Source: a bacterium | GTDB taxonomy: Bacteria; Bacteroidota; Ignavibacteria; Kapaibacteriales; UBA2268 | Reading direction: 5' to 3' | DNA: 64,000 bases | NCBI GenBank assembly: GCA_037127915.1 | Contig: JBAXXL010000011.1 | Coordinates: 17,480-81,479 of the forward strand | Shown here: positions 18,507-28,961 of the stretch, in pieces | Position numbering within the stretch: the first letter of the stretch is position 1 | Layout: the number at the start of each line of letters is the position of its first letter | Notes under the pieces: model-generated | The model's input: the letters and a program-made list of their open reading frames with translations, nothing else | Told to the model about the DNA's origin: nothing | The model's database searches: none | Position numbers and translations under genes: made by a program

Positions 18507-19598
18507 TTATTCAAACAATTTTATCCACGTTTGTTCTTTTTCGCTTAGACTTTCTACTTTCGGTATATAGTTAGGATCTGGAATATACCAATCTAATGTT
18601 CTATAATACTTATTTAATTCTTGATTACTAAATACATATCCTCTGCGCGCAAAAGGATAATTTTTTAAAATTAATCTCTGTAATGGTTTCGTAGAGTCGG
18701 TTGTCATATTTGAGTCATTAAACGATAACACAGGGTTAAATTCATCACCCCCCTCCCTAAATCCATATTCTGAAATTATTAGAAGTTCACCTTTGGGTTT
18801 AAAATTCTTTTTTTGAAAAATCAAATAACCTTGTTGCATATTAAATTTGGTAATCGGTTCTAACGAATCAAAAAATATATCAGAATTTTTATCGAACGCA
18901 TTACCAACACCATTTATAATCCAATCATTTTTATCTTCATAAAATGTTCTATCTATATTAAAAGTCTCAAAATCACCGATTTCAAGAATTAATGTAAAGT
19001 CATCAATTTGGCGATTTGCCCATCTGTTTGCAGGAGTTAAATTATAAAGAAAATTATAATAATTGTAACTAAATGAACTAGATGATTGATAATTGTATGT
19101 ATGACTTATTTTTGTTATACCTTTTTTAAACTTTACTTTGAAATTATATACATAAAAAAAACCTGCATCATATTCATCAATTTCATTAATTACTTGTTGC
19201 AAAGGCTTTCCTTTAATTATACCATTTTTTATGTAATTAGAATCATTAACATAAGCGATATTATATTTTACACTTTCTCCATCAACCGAAGCGCAAAAAT
19301 CATTCATATAGGGATGTCTTCCATCTACTGGTTCAAAACTGACAACACCGCCTGGAGAAGATGCTTCAAATCCCACTAAGATTTCTTTTGCAGGGCCTGG
19401 ATTATAGAATTCATAATAAACATTTACATAGAATTTTGAATTATTTTGTGTAATAATCAAAATCTCTTTTTGAACACTAATATTATTTTCTATTAGTGGT
19501 ATAAGTTGATTTCCAGAACCCATAAATATTCCATCATTAGCAAAATTATTAATTCTTGCTAAAATTAAAATTGTCAAAGTTAATAATAATACTCTCAT
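18507..19598 (-). CDS. Secreted protein with C-terminal YARHG-like domain (N-terminus DUF4424-like)
   Basis: Signal peptide. C-terminal NYPFARRGYVFSNQELNKYYRTLDWYIPDPNY matches the YARHG motif. Confidence 0.5.
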   Translation of the reverse strand: MRVLLLTLTILILARINNFANDGIFMGSGNQLIPLIENNISVQKEILIITQNNSKFYVNVYYEFYNPGPAKEILVGFEASSPGGVVSFEPVDGRHPYMNDFCASVDGESVKYNIAYVNDSNYIKNGIIKGKPLQQVINEIDEYDAGFFYVYNFKVKFKKGITKISHTYNYQSSSSFSYNYYNFLYNLTPANRWANRQIDDFTLILEIGDFETFNIDRTFYEDKNDWIINGVGNAFDKNSDIFFDSLEPITKFNMQQGYLIFQKKNFKPKGELLIISEYGFREGGDEFNPVLSFNDSNMTTDSTKPLQRLILKNYPFARRGYVFSNQELNKYYRTLDWYIPDPNYIPKVESLSEKEQTWIKLFE

Positions 19599-19663
19599 TC
19601 AATTATTCCTTAAATATTTATAATAATTTTTGAAAATAAACAAAAATGAGTTTAATTTCAAAG

Positions 19664-19691
19664 CCTTCCGAAGGTTTCAAACCTTCGGATG
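19664..19691 (-). terminator. Hairpin downstream of the giant VWA gene C (second copy of the 745..777 element)
   Basis: tccgaaggttt c aaaccttcgga. The reverse complement shares 26 identical nt with 749..774. Its U-run is weak. Confidence 0.5.
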
Positions 19692-19707
19692 TTTACATAC
19701 ATTTCAT

Positions 19708-22700
19708 CTATTTTATTATCATCAATTTCTGATTCGCTTCAACTGTTGGCGTCTGCAATTGAATGAAATATAGTCCATTGCTGTAATATCGACCGTCGAG
19801 CTTAATCGTCTGCATTCCCGTTTCGCCGGTTATATTGAATTCTTTGATTTTTAAACCATTAGAATTGAACACCGAGAGTGTTGTTGTACCATCTTCAATT
19901 AGATTTACATTTATCTCAATATCTTCACTCGCCGGATTAGGGATTATCTGTAAAATTTCAACTTTACCGGTCGGATTGAATAATCTGGTACCGCCCTCGC
20001 GGCAAATGCCAAGCGTTTTGAATGTGCCGTTTTCGGATGTAATAGTTCCGGGACCTCCGACTGCTTGAACATTGAACAATTTCAAATCCGACATTTCAGC
20101 ATTACCCAAAGCAACAATAAACGGAACTTCTTTCTTAGCATTTTGCTCAATAGGTATATTATCTATAAATATTGAAGATGTTGTCGCATCAATTTTTTGT
20201 GCCTGTAAACCGACCGGATATAGCATTGTCGAATTGAAACTCATTTCTGCTGAGATGGTTTTTACTCCCGCCGCTTGCAAATACTGAGCAGAAGTGACAA
20301 TTATGGGTATATTAATGGTTTCATTAACCTGTCCTTCGACGGCAGGTATTTTTATCATTCCGTAAGCACCATCTACTATGGTTCCATAAATACTTATTTT
20401 TGAAATATAATTACAACTTGTTTCTTCAACAGTGACTTCCTCACCAAAAGGACCAAGAGTTGAACTACCCAAATATGTAAATTCAATTTCTTTCAATTCA
20501 TTCGGTTGTAATGTAAAATCTGTTATATTCAATTGAATTTTTGGCGACGAGGTTAATTTAATCACAGAAGTTAAATTACCGTTATTCTCAATAGAAATAA
20601 TAGCTTTTTTTGTTGTATTTATATATATTCCTTGAAGGTCTATTTGCGAATTATCAATTTTTGAACCATTTAAGAATTTCTTCGCCAGTAATGCAATTCT
20701 AATTTCTGGTGTTTTACCGGCATTAGAATTAATTACCAACTCGGCATCTTTCGTTCCTGCGGTATAGCTTGTAAATTCAATTGGAATTGTGATTGTTTCA
20801 CCCATCAATACAGTAATAGGCAATGTTACGATTGCGGAAAATTCAGACCTATCTTTACCAACAATATCAATCTTAGAAATCACAAGGTCTTCTTCACCTA
20901 TATTTGTAATTTTCAAATCGGTTCGGTTTTGTGTCTCGCAAACTAAATCATTGATTTGGTTTATCGTTGCATTTATTTGTGGTGGGCGTTTAATGCATTC
21001 TCCATATAACATAATTTTTTCGGGACTACCAAGACCATTGAAATAAAATTCCAATGTTCCCATAGTGCGCCCAAAATCGCTCGGCTTGAATTTCAAATCC
21101 ATTTTATGGTTTTCAAAGGATTTTAAAGTAAAATTACCGCCGCCTGCGATTGTAGTAAAATCTTTATCATTTGGTAGATTATGCTTTGTAGAGGTAATCG
21201 TAACTGGAATTTTGCCCATGTTTTTTATCGTCAATACACTCAGTGTATCTTTGATCTCACCTAAATACATTTTACCGAAATCAATAATTTTATTTACTAC
21301 TCCTACTTGCTGTGAAACACCTTCACCTTTAATAACATTATGCAATGTATCGTATTGTGTTATAACAATCATTTCATCATAATGATTACCAATATGATTG
21401 GGTTTAAAACGAATTTCACCACCAATAACTTCCCCAGCATCTAATACAGATTTGTGAAAAGAAGTAATTAGTTTAAAAGCTCTTACATCATCTCTTTTAA
21501 AATAAATTGAATCTATTCTGCATTTATATAACCCTGTATTTTTTATAAAAAAACCAATCACTGAATCTTTTACGCTATTTGTATAGCATTTTTTCATGTC
21601 AATTTCATAGGATGTTAGGGTTGGTGCCACTATTTCAAATACTGAGTCCGTTTGATCTTCTTGGATAGAAAATCTGTCTGGAGATAGTTTCACAACCCAA
21701 ATATCACTTCCACCATGATTTTCTTTAACATCAAAATTATCAGAAGATGTTGTACCAGCAAGTATATAACCGGAATCATAAGTAGATTTTATTGAATAAC
21801 ATTCATCCCTTTGTGTCCCCCCTATTGAACTCGTCCATACTACAAATCCAGATGGAGAAACTTTCATAATCCAATAATCTCCATACCCGTAATTTAAAAT
21901 AGTTTCATCAATATCTATGGTAGAACTACCAGCAATTATATAACCACCATCTTTTGTTAATGATATGGAGCGTATTATTTGATTGTAATTGCCTTTATTC
22001 AATTCCCAAACTTCATCACCATTCTGCGTTAATTTCACTAAAACGCTACTTTTTTTGGAATTATTATAACCCATCACAAACCCATTATCATAACTTTGCA
22101 ACACTGATACATCATTATAATAATCCATATCTCCATAGGATTTTGACCATTCTATATTTCCTAAAGGGTTTGTTTTAACAAGCCATACGAATCGCTTTCC
22201 TTTACTGTCTAAAACATCTCCATCGTTGGATTGAGATTGTCCTGCAATTAAATATCCTCCTTCAGAAGTTTGAATTATTGATTTTGCTTCATCATTACCA
22301 GATCCACCATACAACTTTATCCATTCTTTATCGCCTAAAGCGGATAATTTCACAACTAAATAATCAAAATCACCATGGTTACCAATAGCATCTTGATCTG
22401 TAGATTCAGATGCCCCAGCAACTATATAGCCACCATCGAGTGTTTGTATAATTGAATTTGCCCGATCATTTTCAAACCCACCAAGACTTTTTTCCCATTC
22501 AATACTTCCGTTAGCCTCTAACTTAACGATCCAACAATCCTCTCTAAAATAACGCTTGGTTACATCACCATCTTCAGAATTTACCCAGCCTGCAACAATA
22601 TACCCCCCATCATTTGTCTGTTGAATGCAGTTAGCATAATCATCAGCATTTCCACCATATTTTTTTTGCCACTCAATATTTCCTACCTTATCTAATTTCA

Positions 22701-24324
22701 TAATTCCATAATCCCACCATCCTTTCGTTTTACCTATGTCACAACTATCTCTACTAAATACACTCCCGGCGACAATATAACCACCGTCGATAGTTTGTAC
22801 AATGGAATTCCCATAATCCATCCAGGAACAGCCTATTGATTTTTGCCATTCGATTCTTGGCAAAGTGCTTTTATTTTTAATAGTTGATTTAGAAATTCTC
22901 ATTATGCATTTATTGCTTACCGGAAGGGGAATATCCCTCCAGACATATTTTAAACCGGTTGCAAAATCAACTAATTTAATCCAATTTTCACCCTCATCAA
23001 TGCTATACTCCAATTTCACAGAGTCTGATGGTGATACCCCTTCCCAAGTTATTAGAGTATCGCTTCCGGCGACGAATTTTTCTCCACCATTTGGGTGTGT
23101 GATTTTTAAAGTTGAATTTGTAATTCTTGAATTATTATATATAGAATATGCGTTATAAGATTTATTACATTGTTCGGTTTCAAATTCAAATGTACAATTA
23201 GAATATACTGAATCAGTAGGGGTAAATGTTATAGTTATTTGCTTGCTTTGATTTTCGGCTAAAGTAAAACTTTTTGGATTAATATCATAAATTGAATTGT
23301 TACTTTTAATATTTGTAATATTATAATCTGTATTCCTAGCAGTTACAGTGATTATTGTATCCTTAGGAATTCCAACTTTTACATCTTCGAAGATGACAAA
23401 GGGAGACGAAACTTCTAAATAGGTAATCTTGTTATCTGGAACGGTGTATGTTGTATTATCAAATGAGTTTAATGAAGGTATTTTTATTTCTACATTATTG
23501 GAGGTTGGTTTGCAAACAAATTGGCTTTGCCATTCAATTTCACAAGGTTCACCACCCTGTGCCATTTCTAATAATCTTCGGTATGTATCTTCCGCTTCTT
23601 TTAAAGTTGTAATGTTTTCAAAATATGCCCCCCCGGTTTGTTCGGTAATGTCTTTAATACACTTTGGTGCAGGCATATCAAGAGTTACTGCATAAATGGT
23701 GATTTTGTTTTCCAGTGCAAATTGGATAATTTCATTTGTTTTTGGTTCATTATTTGGCTCACCATCTGTAAGCAATATAACAACTCTTTTATATTTACCA
23801 TTTTTTGCTATTTGTAAACCACCGCTTGGTAAAACAAGAAGTGCTTGATCGTAATCGGTTCCACTTAAAGTAACAAATTGACTTATTTTATTTTTAAGAA
23901 GTTGCTTATCGGTTGTAAAATCATTAACTAAATAACTTTGAGCTGCAAAAGAAACTAAAGCGCATTCAAACTGACCCGCAGGCAAACCATCTATCCATGC
24001 ATTTGCGGCATCTTTGGCGGATTGGATTCGAGGCGGCCCAGAATCCATTGAAATAGACATATCAAAAACAAGTACACTGGAAATTGCTAATGGTGGTAAA
24101 GGTTCAGGACAACTCGCATTATTTATTGTTCTTGGTTGACCGTTTTCAGTTATTGAAAAATCAGAAGTTGATAAATTTGTGATTTGTTTTTCTGCATTAT
24201 CAAACGCAAAGAAATTCGCCTTGATTTTAGGGAAATTAGAAGCGTTAATATTGAATACGGATAAACTCTGGCTATAAGCGGAGTAGCAGAATAAAAAGAT
24301 AAATAAGCAAACAATTTTTTTCAT
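19708..24324 (-). CDS. Giant secreted VWA protein 'C': VWA + GEKF module + 7x DGGY propeller repeats + ASH/choice-of-anchor-D Ig repeats + cohesin-like module + T9SS CTD
   Basis: Signal peptide. MIDAS DMSIS (24049..24063), GTD and LLTDG. Seven ~57-aa repeats W.K.YGG..D.A..I.QT.DGGYIVAG (about 21679..22860). DFG...N.G Ig repeats. Tail NGLYFIQLQ...KLMIIK. Confidence 0.8.
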   Translation of the reverse strand: MKKIVCLFIFLFCYSAYSQSLSVFNINASNFPKIKANFFAFDNAEKQITNLSTSDFSITENGQPRTINNASCPEPLPPLAISSVLVFDMSISMDSGPPRIQSAKDAANAWIDGLPAGQFECALVSFAAQSYLVNDFTTDKQLLKNKISQFVTLSGTDYDQALLVLPSGGLQIAKNGKYKRVVILLTDGEPNNEPKTNEIIQFALENKITIYAVTLDMPAPKCIKDITEQTGGAYFENITTLKEAEDTYRRLLEMAQGGEPCEIEWQSQFVCKPTSNNVEIKIPSLNSFDNTTYTVPDNKITYLEVSSPFVIFEDVKVGIPKDTIITVTARNTDYNITNIKSNNSIYDINPKSFTLAENQSKQITITFTPTDSVYSNCTFEFETEQCNKSYNAYSIYNNSRITNSTLKITHPNGGEKFVAGSDTLITWEGVSPSDSVKLEYSIDEGENWIKLVDFATGLKYVWRDIPLPVSNKCIMRISKSTIKNKSTLPRIEWQKSIGCSWMDYGNSIVQTIDGGYIVAGSVFSRDSCDIGKTKGWWDYGIMKLDKVGNIEWQKKYGGNADDYANCIQQTNDGGYIVAGWVNSEDGDVTKRYFREDCWIVKLEANGSIEWEKSLGGFENDRANSIIQTLDGGYIVAGASESTDQDAIGNHGDFDYLVVKLSALGDKEWIKLYGGSGNDEAKSIIQTSEGGYLIAGQSQSNDGDVLDSKGKRFVWLVKTNPLGNIEWSKSYGDMDYYNDVSVLQSYDNGFVMGYNNSKKSSVLVKLTQNGDEVWELNKGNYNQIIRSISLTKDGGYIIAGSSTIDIDETILNYGYGDYWIMKVSPSGFVVWTSSIGGTQRDECYSIKSTYDSGYILAGTTSSDNFDVKENHGGSDIWVVKLSPDRFSIQEDQTDSVFEIVAPTLTSYEIDMKKCYTNSVKDSVIGFFIKNTGLYKCRIDSIYFKRDDVRAFKLITSFHKSVLDAGEVIGGEIRFKPNHIGNHYDEMIVITQYDTLHNVIKGEGVSQQVGVVNKIIDFGKMYLGEIKDTLSVLTIKNMGKIPVTITSTKHNLPNDKDFTTIAGGGNFTLKSFENHKMDLKFKPSDFGRTMGTLEFYFNGLGSPEKIMLYGECIKRPPQINATINQINDLVCETQNRTDLKITNIGEEDLVISKIDIVGKDRSEFSAIVTLPITVLMGETITIPIEFTSYTAGTKDAELVINSNAGKTPEIRIALLAKKFLNGSKIDNSQIDLQGIYINTTKKAIISIENNGNLTSVIKLTSSPKIQLNITDFTLQPNELKEIEFTYLGSSTLGPFGEEVTVEETSCNYISKISIYGTIVDGAYGMIKIPAVEGQVNETINIPIIVTSAQYLQAAGVKTISAEMSFNSTMLYPVGLQAQKIDATTSSIFIDNIPIEQNAKKEVPFIVALGNAEMSDLKLFNVQAVGGPGTITSENGTFKTLGICREGGTRLFNPTGKVEILQIIPNPASEDIEINVNLIEDGTTTLSVFNSNGLKIKEFNITGETGMQTIKLDGRYYSNGLYFIQLQTPTVEANQKLMIIK

Positions 24325-24497
24325 AAAACCATCTCAAATTAATGAACTTTTGGAATTTCAAATAAATCAATTACTAAATTATCAAATTTTTCCAAAACAA
24401 AAAAATAGATATGAATAAAACACCTTTTCATCATATCTTGGCTAATTATTTTTTTTCAGATAGCAAACTAAAAGAAAATTTATTCTAATCTCTAATG

Positions 24498-24536
24498 AAT
24501 AAAAAAAGGAAACGCAAAACTTAATCTACGTTTCCT
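24498..24536 (-). terminator. Orphan intrinsic-terminator-like hairpin in the leader/spacer upstream of gene C
   Basis: aggaaacg (24507-14) / cgtttcct (24529-36), followed on the minus strand by ttttttt. It lies 174 nt upstream of the ATG of C. Confidence 0.45.
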
Positions 24537-24682
24537 ATATATTCCCTTTTTTGGAAATTGCTTTAGGGTTATTATATAGACAACTGAGAAGTCCATTTCT
24601 TTCTCTCGTGTTGAAAAAAAAGTGAAAAAAATGCAAAATAATTGAAAATAATTGCAAAATATGGCTAAAACGGGCTAAAAAT

Positions 24683-24715
24683 AAAAAAAACTTCTTGCAA
24701 GCAAGAAGTTTTTTT
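24683..24715 (-). terminator. Terminator immediately 3' of tRNA-Ser
   Basis: cttcttgc aa gcaagaag, flanked by A8 and T7 runs (bidirectional shape). Confidence 0.75.
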
Positions 24716-24716
24716 G

Positions 24717-24805
24717 TGGAGAAGGAGGGATTTGAACCCTCGATAGCAGTTTCCCACTATGCCGGTTTAGCAAACCGGTGCGTTCAGCCACTCCGCCACC
24801 TCTCC
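24717..24805 (-). tRNA. tRNA-Ser (anticodon GCU)
   Basis: Reverse complement reads GGAGAGGTGGCGGAGTGGCTGAACGCACCGGTTTGCTAAACCGGCATAGTGGGAAACTGCTATCGAGGGTTCAAATCCCTCCTTCTCCA. It has a 7-bp acceptor stem, a long variable arm, a GTTCAAATC T-loop and anticodon loop TTGCTAA. Confidence 0.9.
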
Positions 24806-24868
24806 GACATCTGTCACTTGGACAGATTTCAAAAATACTACTATTTTTTTAAATAGCAAAATTATTTT

Positions 24869-26380
24869 TTAACTATTCATAGTCAAGAAGAAATCCGCAT
24901 TTGTCCTAGTATTCTTTAACTTGTTTAGTAAGAATTCCATAGCCTCGACAGAGTTAAATTCGTTAAGGAGTTTTCTTAATATCCAAACACGATTTATTTC
25001 TTCTCTATCGTAAAGCAAATCTTCTCTTCTTGTACCGGAACGATTGATGTCAATAGCAGGAAATACTCTGCGTTCGGATAATTTTCTATCCAAAACTAAT
25101 TCCATATTACCTGTTCCTTTGAATTCTTCGAAAATAACCTCGTCCATACGGCTTCCTGTTTCAACCAATGCTGTCGCAATGATTGTCAGCGATCCGCCGC
25201 GCTCAATATTACGTGCGGCACCGAAGAAGCGTTTAGGTTTATGCAGAGCGTTTGCGTCCACACCACCGGATAAAATTTTACCGGAGTGAGGTACAACAGT
25301 GTTATGCGCCCTTGCTAAACGGGTTATAGAATCAAGTAAAATCACAACATCGTGACCGCTTTCTACCATACGTTTGGATTTTTCCAAAACCATATCGGCT
25401 ACTTGTACATGGCGATCAGGGGGCTCGTCGAACGTTGACGCCACCACTTCGGCTTGAACCGAGCGTTCCATATCGGTTACTTCCTCCGGACGCTCATCAA
25501 TCAAAAGCACGATTAGCTTGACTTCAGGATGATTAGCGGAAATACTATTCGCCATATCTTTCAGAAGAATAGTTTTACCGGATTTAGGAGGAGAAACGAT
25601 AAGACCTCTCTGTCCTTTACCAATTGGACAAAGCATATCAACGACACGCATGGAATAACCAGTACGGGTTGTTTCCAAATGCAATCTTTGGTCAGGGAAT
25701 AAAGGTTTTAGATTGTCAAAATTTACTCTTGATTTTATATCCTCTGGTGGAACAAAATTTACGGTATCAATTTTTAAAAGTGCGTGGAATTTTTCGGATT
25801 CTTTTGGAGGGCGAACTTCACCTTCGATAGTATCGCCGGTGCGAAGCCAAAATCGTTTTATCTGCGATGGTGATACATATACATCATCAACGGAAGATAG
25901 ATAATTATACGCTGTGGAGCGCATAAAGCCGTAACCATCGGACATTACTTCCAATACACCAATGCACTTCAAGGTTTTTGCCGCCGGTATCACGCCAACA
26001 ACTGCCCCTGTCAATCTCGTTTGAGCGATTTTCTGAATCAGATCATCGCGAGTTAATCCTGAATAATCCACAATACCCGATAAACGAGCTAAACGAGTAA
26101 TATCAACAATTCGGCGGGTTTTCAAATCTTCTGTTTCAACCTGTAGGGTCAATTCTTCACGAGTTTGTTTTTCCTCTTCTGTCTCATCGATATCAATAAG
26201 AGGCTCGTCGTCAACCATCATAAATGGTGCTTTTTCTTGTCTTGGTTTGTAGGGATTTTTTGATTTGGGTGGTCTGCCTTTCGCCGGGTATTTTCGTTTG
26301 GGTGGTTTCTCTATTAAACCGGTACCGTTTACTTCGACCAATACCTGATCAACTACGGTTTTTCTTTTTCGATTCATCAT
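24869..26380 (-). CDS. rho: Transcription termination factor Rho with ~85-aa charged N-terminal extension
   Basis: RNA-binding domain [15 protein letters not shown], Walker A SPPKSGKT, and the RecA-like core. The basic/acidic extension precedes the canonical N-terminus. Confidence 0.9.
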   Translation of the reverse strand: MMNRKRKTVVDQVLVEVNGTGLIEKPPKRKYPAKGRPPKSKNPYKPRQEKAPFMMVDDEPLIDIDETEEEKQTREELTLQVETEDLKTRRIVDITRLARLSGIVDYSGLTRDDLIQKIAQTRLTGAVVGVIPAAKTLKCIGVLEVMSDGYGFMRSTAYNYLSSVDDVYVSPSQIKRFWLRTGDTIEGEVRPPKESEKFHALLKIDTVNFVPPEDIKSRVNFDNLKPLFPDQRLHLETTRTGYSMRVVDMLCPIGKGQRGLIVSPPKSGKTILLKDMANSISANHPEVKLIVLLIDERPEEVTDMERSVQAEVVASTFDEPPDRHVQVADMVLEKSKRMVESGHDVVILLDSITRLARAHNTVVPHSGKILSGGVDANALHKPKRFFGAARNIERGGSLTIIATALVETGSRMDEVIFEEFKGTGNMELVLDRKLSERRVFPAIDINRSGTRREDLLYDREEINRVWILRKLLNEFNSVEAMEFLLNKLKNTRTNADFFLTMNS

Positions 26381-26721
26381 AAGCTATCTCAAGGATGGAA
26401 TTTTTAAATTTGTTAGAAGGGTGTTTTTTATAAATAAGCATACAAAAATTAATAATTTAATTAATATTAAAAACTGATTAATAAATAAACTAAGACCTTT
26501 TTTTATGGAAAATATTAAACAAAATGAAATTTATCACGTTTGGTATCGTCAAAACTAAGAATATTTACGGATTATACAAAATTTTATTTTAATTATTTGA
26601 CTATTAATTGATAATAGATTTGTTCAAATTAAACCAATTATTCGCTATGTGATATATATAACAACAATATAATTCGTTGTTCAGATATTTATAATCGGCT
26701 TATTTTATTAGGAATTTTGCT

Positions 26722-27090
26722 ATGGATATTGAATCTTTTAGAAATTACTGTTTGGCAAAAAAAGGGGTTACGGAGGCGTTCCCTTTCGATGAAACCACAT
26801 TGGTCTTTAAAGTTGGTTCCAAGATTTTTGCTCTGACCGATTTTAATTATAACCCATTCAAATGTAATTTAAAATGTGACCCAGAAAGAGCGATTGATTT
26901 ACGAGAGCATTATAAATCCATTATACCGGGTTGGCACATGAATAAAACTCATTGGAACACTGTAATTGCCGATTCCGATATAGATTTAAAGTTGTTTTTT
27001 GAATTGGTTGACCATTCGTATGAATTGGTTTTCAATAGCTTAAAAAAATTAGAAAAATTAGCCATTAACCAATTAGCTGATGAAAACTAA
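26722..27090 (+). CDS. MmcQ/YjbR family protein
   Basis: 122 aa. KKGVTEAFPFDETTLVFKVGSKIFAL...W.M.K.HWNTV pattern. Confidence 0.65.
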   Translation: MDIESFRNYCLAKKGVTEAFPFDETTLVFKVGSKIFALTDFNYNPFKCNLKCDPERAIDLREHYKSIIPGWHMNKTHWNTVIADSDIDLKLFFELVDHSYELVFNSLKKLEKLAINQLADEN

Positions 27091-28009
27091 AACCATTTTA
27101 ATATTGTTGTTGGCGTTTTCATATTTGCCATTATCAGCTGAAAGCTACTTGATATTGAATTACGATAATGACATGGTTTTTAATACCGATTATTATTATT
27201 CGCAGGGAATTGGGATATCATATAGAAGTCATAGCTTGAATCCCATAGGAAATAAACTATTTCCCGAGCTATTTAAAGAAAAAATTACGCAAATATCTCT
27301 AAATCATAAGCTGTTCACTCCAACCAATATTACCGGAGATAGCTTATCAGATTTTGACCGCCCCTACTGCGGTTTACTATTTTTTGATATTCGACAAGAA
27401 CAAATAGAAAAGAATTCTAATTTTAAAATTAATTTTGATATACTATTCGGTGTTATAGGTCCCCTCGCAGGTGGTTTTGAAGTACAGTCCTTTATTCATC
27501 GTCAAACCGAAAATGCACCACAACCAAAGGGCTGGGAAAATCAAATCTCCAATGGTATAATATTAGATGGCGCATTACAAATTGAACATTTAGCTAAACT
27601 CACCACTACTATTGAAAATATATCAACCGTTGCCGCGGAAATCGGCACATTATATAATAATGTTTCGATAGGCTCAAAAATCCGTATGGGTTTTTTGGAC
27701 GAATATTTCGATTCCAACGATATGACTTTAGGCAAAGAAGACCGAGATTGGCTAGCATTCATTGTAACTAATGCCATAATCAAAGTCAATTTCTACAACT
27801 CTACCCTATTGGGAAATTTCTTTTTCGAGAAAAGCCCGATGGTATTGCCGTATAAAGACATGAAATTGCTAACGGTTAATTTATCAGCGGATATGGTTTT
27901 AGCTTATAAATCAAGCCGAATGGAATTAGGTTGCGTATATGCAAGCCGCGAATTTGACGGAGGCAGGAACCACGCTTGGTTCACTTTTAAATATATACAA
28001 AAAATATAG
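27080..28009 (+). CDS. LpxR-like (DUF2219) outer-membrane lipid A deacylase family protein
   Basis: Signal peptide. NYDNDMVFNTDYYYSQGI, DRPYCGLL, GVIGPLAGGFEVQSFIH and PKGWENQ resemble LpxR family blocks. Confidence 0.5.
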   Translation: MKTKTILILLLAFSYLPLSAESYLILNYDNDMVFNTDYYYSQGIGISYRSHSLNPIGNKLFPELFKEKITQISLNHKLFTPTNITGDSLSDFDRPYCGLLFFDIRQEQIEKNSNFKINFDILFGVIGPLAGGFEVQSFIHRQTENAPQPKGWENQISNGIILDGALQIEHLAKLTTTIENISTVAAEIGTLYNNVSIGSKIRMGFLDEYFDSNDMTLGKEDRDWLAFIVTNAIIKVNFYNSTLLGNFFFEKSPMVLPYKDMKLLTVNLSADMVLAYKSSRMELGCVYASREFDGGRNHAWFTFKYIQKI

Positions 28010-28019
28010 GAAAGAATAA

Positions 28020-28958
28020 ATGGTAAATTTTGAAACTATCTCGCAAGCTCACGAAAGAATAAAAGGACAAATACACCGAACTCCGGTTATGAGTTGCAAG
28101 GCTATTAATGAAATCGCAGGATGCGAAATTTTCTTTAAATGCGAAAATTTCCAAAAGGTCGGCGCTTTTAAATTCCGTGGTGCATCAAACGCAGTTCTAT
28201 CGCTCACAGACGAACAAGCTAAACGTGGTGTCGCTACTCATTCATCCGGTAACCACGCGCAAGCCTTAGCCCTTGCCGCGCGAATGAGAGGTATTCCTGC
28301 TACTATAGTGATGCCAAGCAACGCGCCTCAAGTTAAAATTGACGCTGTCCGCGGTTATGGTGCAGAAATAATATTCTGTGAACCGACTTTAGAAGCCCGT
28401 GAAACAAATTTGAACAAGGTAGTCGAAGCCAAAGGTTCTTATGTAATTCACCCATATAATAATTTTGAGGTCATTGCCGGTCAAGGAACTGCTGTAAAAG
28501 AATTAATTGAAGATTACGGTAAGTTTGATATTATTATGACTCCTGTCGGTGGAGGTGGTTTGCTATCGGGTTCAGCTATTTCAGCCAAAGCTTTGTGTCC
28601 CGATTGCGAAGTAATCGCGGCGGAACCTAAAGGAGCTGATGATGCATACCGCTCATTCAAAGCCGGATATATCATTCCACAAACCGGACCAAATACCATC
28701 TGCGATGGATTATTAACTTCGCTCGGCGATAAGACATTCGCTATAATTAAAGCTAATGTTGACGATATACTCACAGTTGATGATGAAATAATTAAAGAAG
28801 CAATGAAATTAACTTGGGAACGAATGAAGATTGTGATTGAGCCTTCAAGCGCGGTTTGCTTAGCCGCAATAATGGATAATAAAAAACGTTTCTTTGGTAA
28901 ACGCATCGGTGTTGTTATATCGGGCGGAAATGTTGATTTTTCACGTAAATTCGGATAG
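28020..28958 (+). CDS. PLP-dependent threonine/serine dehydratase (serine racemase-like)
   Basis: PLP-lysine context ENFQKVGAFKFRGASNA, SSGNHAQ, and the Gly-rich loop PVGGGGLLSG. Confidence 0.8.
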   Translation: MVNFETISQAHERIKGQIHRTPVMSCKAINEIAGCEIFFKCENFQKVGAFKFRGASNAVLSLTDEQAKRGVATHSSGNHAQALALAARMRGIPATIVMPSNAPQVKIDAVRGYGAEIIFCEPTLEARETNLNKVVEAKGSYVIHPYNNFEVIAGQGTAVKELIEDYGKFDIIMTPVGGGGLLSGSAISAKALCPDCEVIAAEPKGADDAYRSFKAGYIIPQTGPNTICDGLLTSLGDKTFAIIKANVDDILTVDDEIIKEAMKLTWERMKIVIEPSSAVCLAAIMDNKKRFFGKRIGVVISGGNVDFSRKFG

Positions 28959-28961
28959 ATT

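Noticed and set aside
24534-24638. 34-codon minus-strand ORF (MDFSVVYIITLKQFPKKGIYRKRRLSFAFPFFIH)
   Set aside because: It runs through the terminator hairpin and has an implausible composition. The region is better treated as possible non-coding RNA or a leader.
24717-24805. tRNA-Ser as an integration site for a genomic island containing giant gene C
   Set aside because: There is no integrase or recombinase, no direct repeat of the tRNA 3' end downstream, and no other mobility genes. C also has paralogs elsewhere in non-tRNA contexts.
24809-24827. Hairpin atctgtc acttg gacagat between rho and tRNA-Ser as a rho terminator
   Set aside because: No U-run follows it on the minus strand, and it abuts the tRNA 5' end. 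It is more likely a processing or structural element of a rho-tRNA co-transcript. This cannot be decided from sequence.
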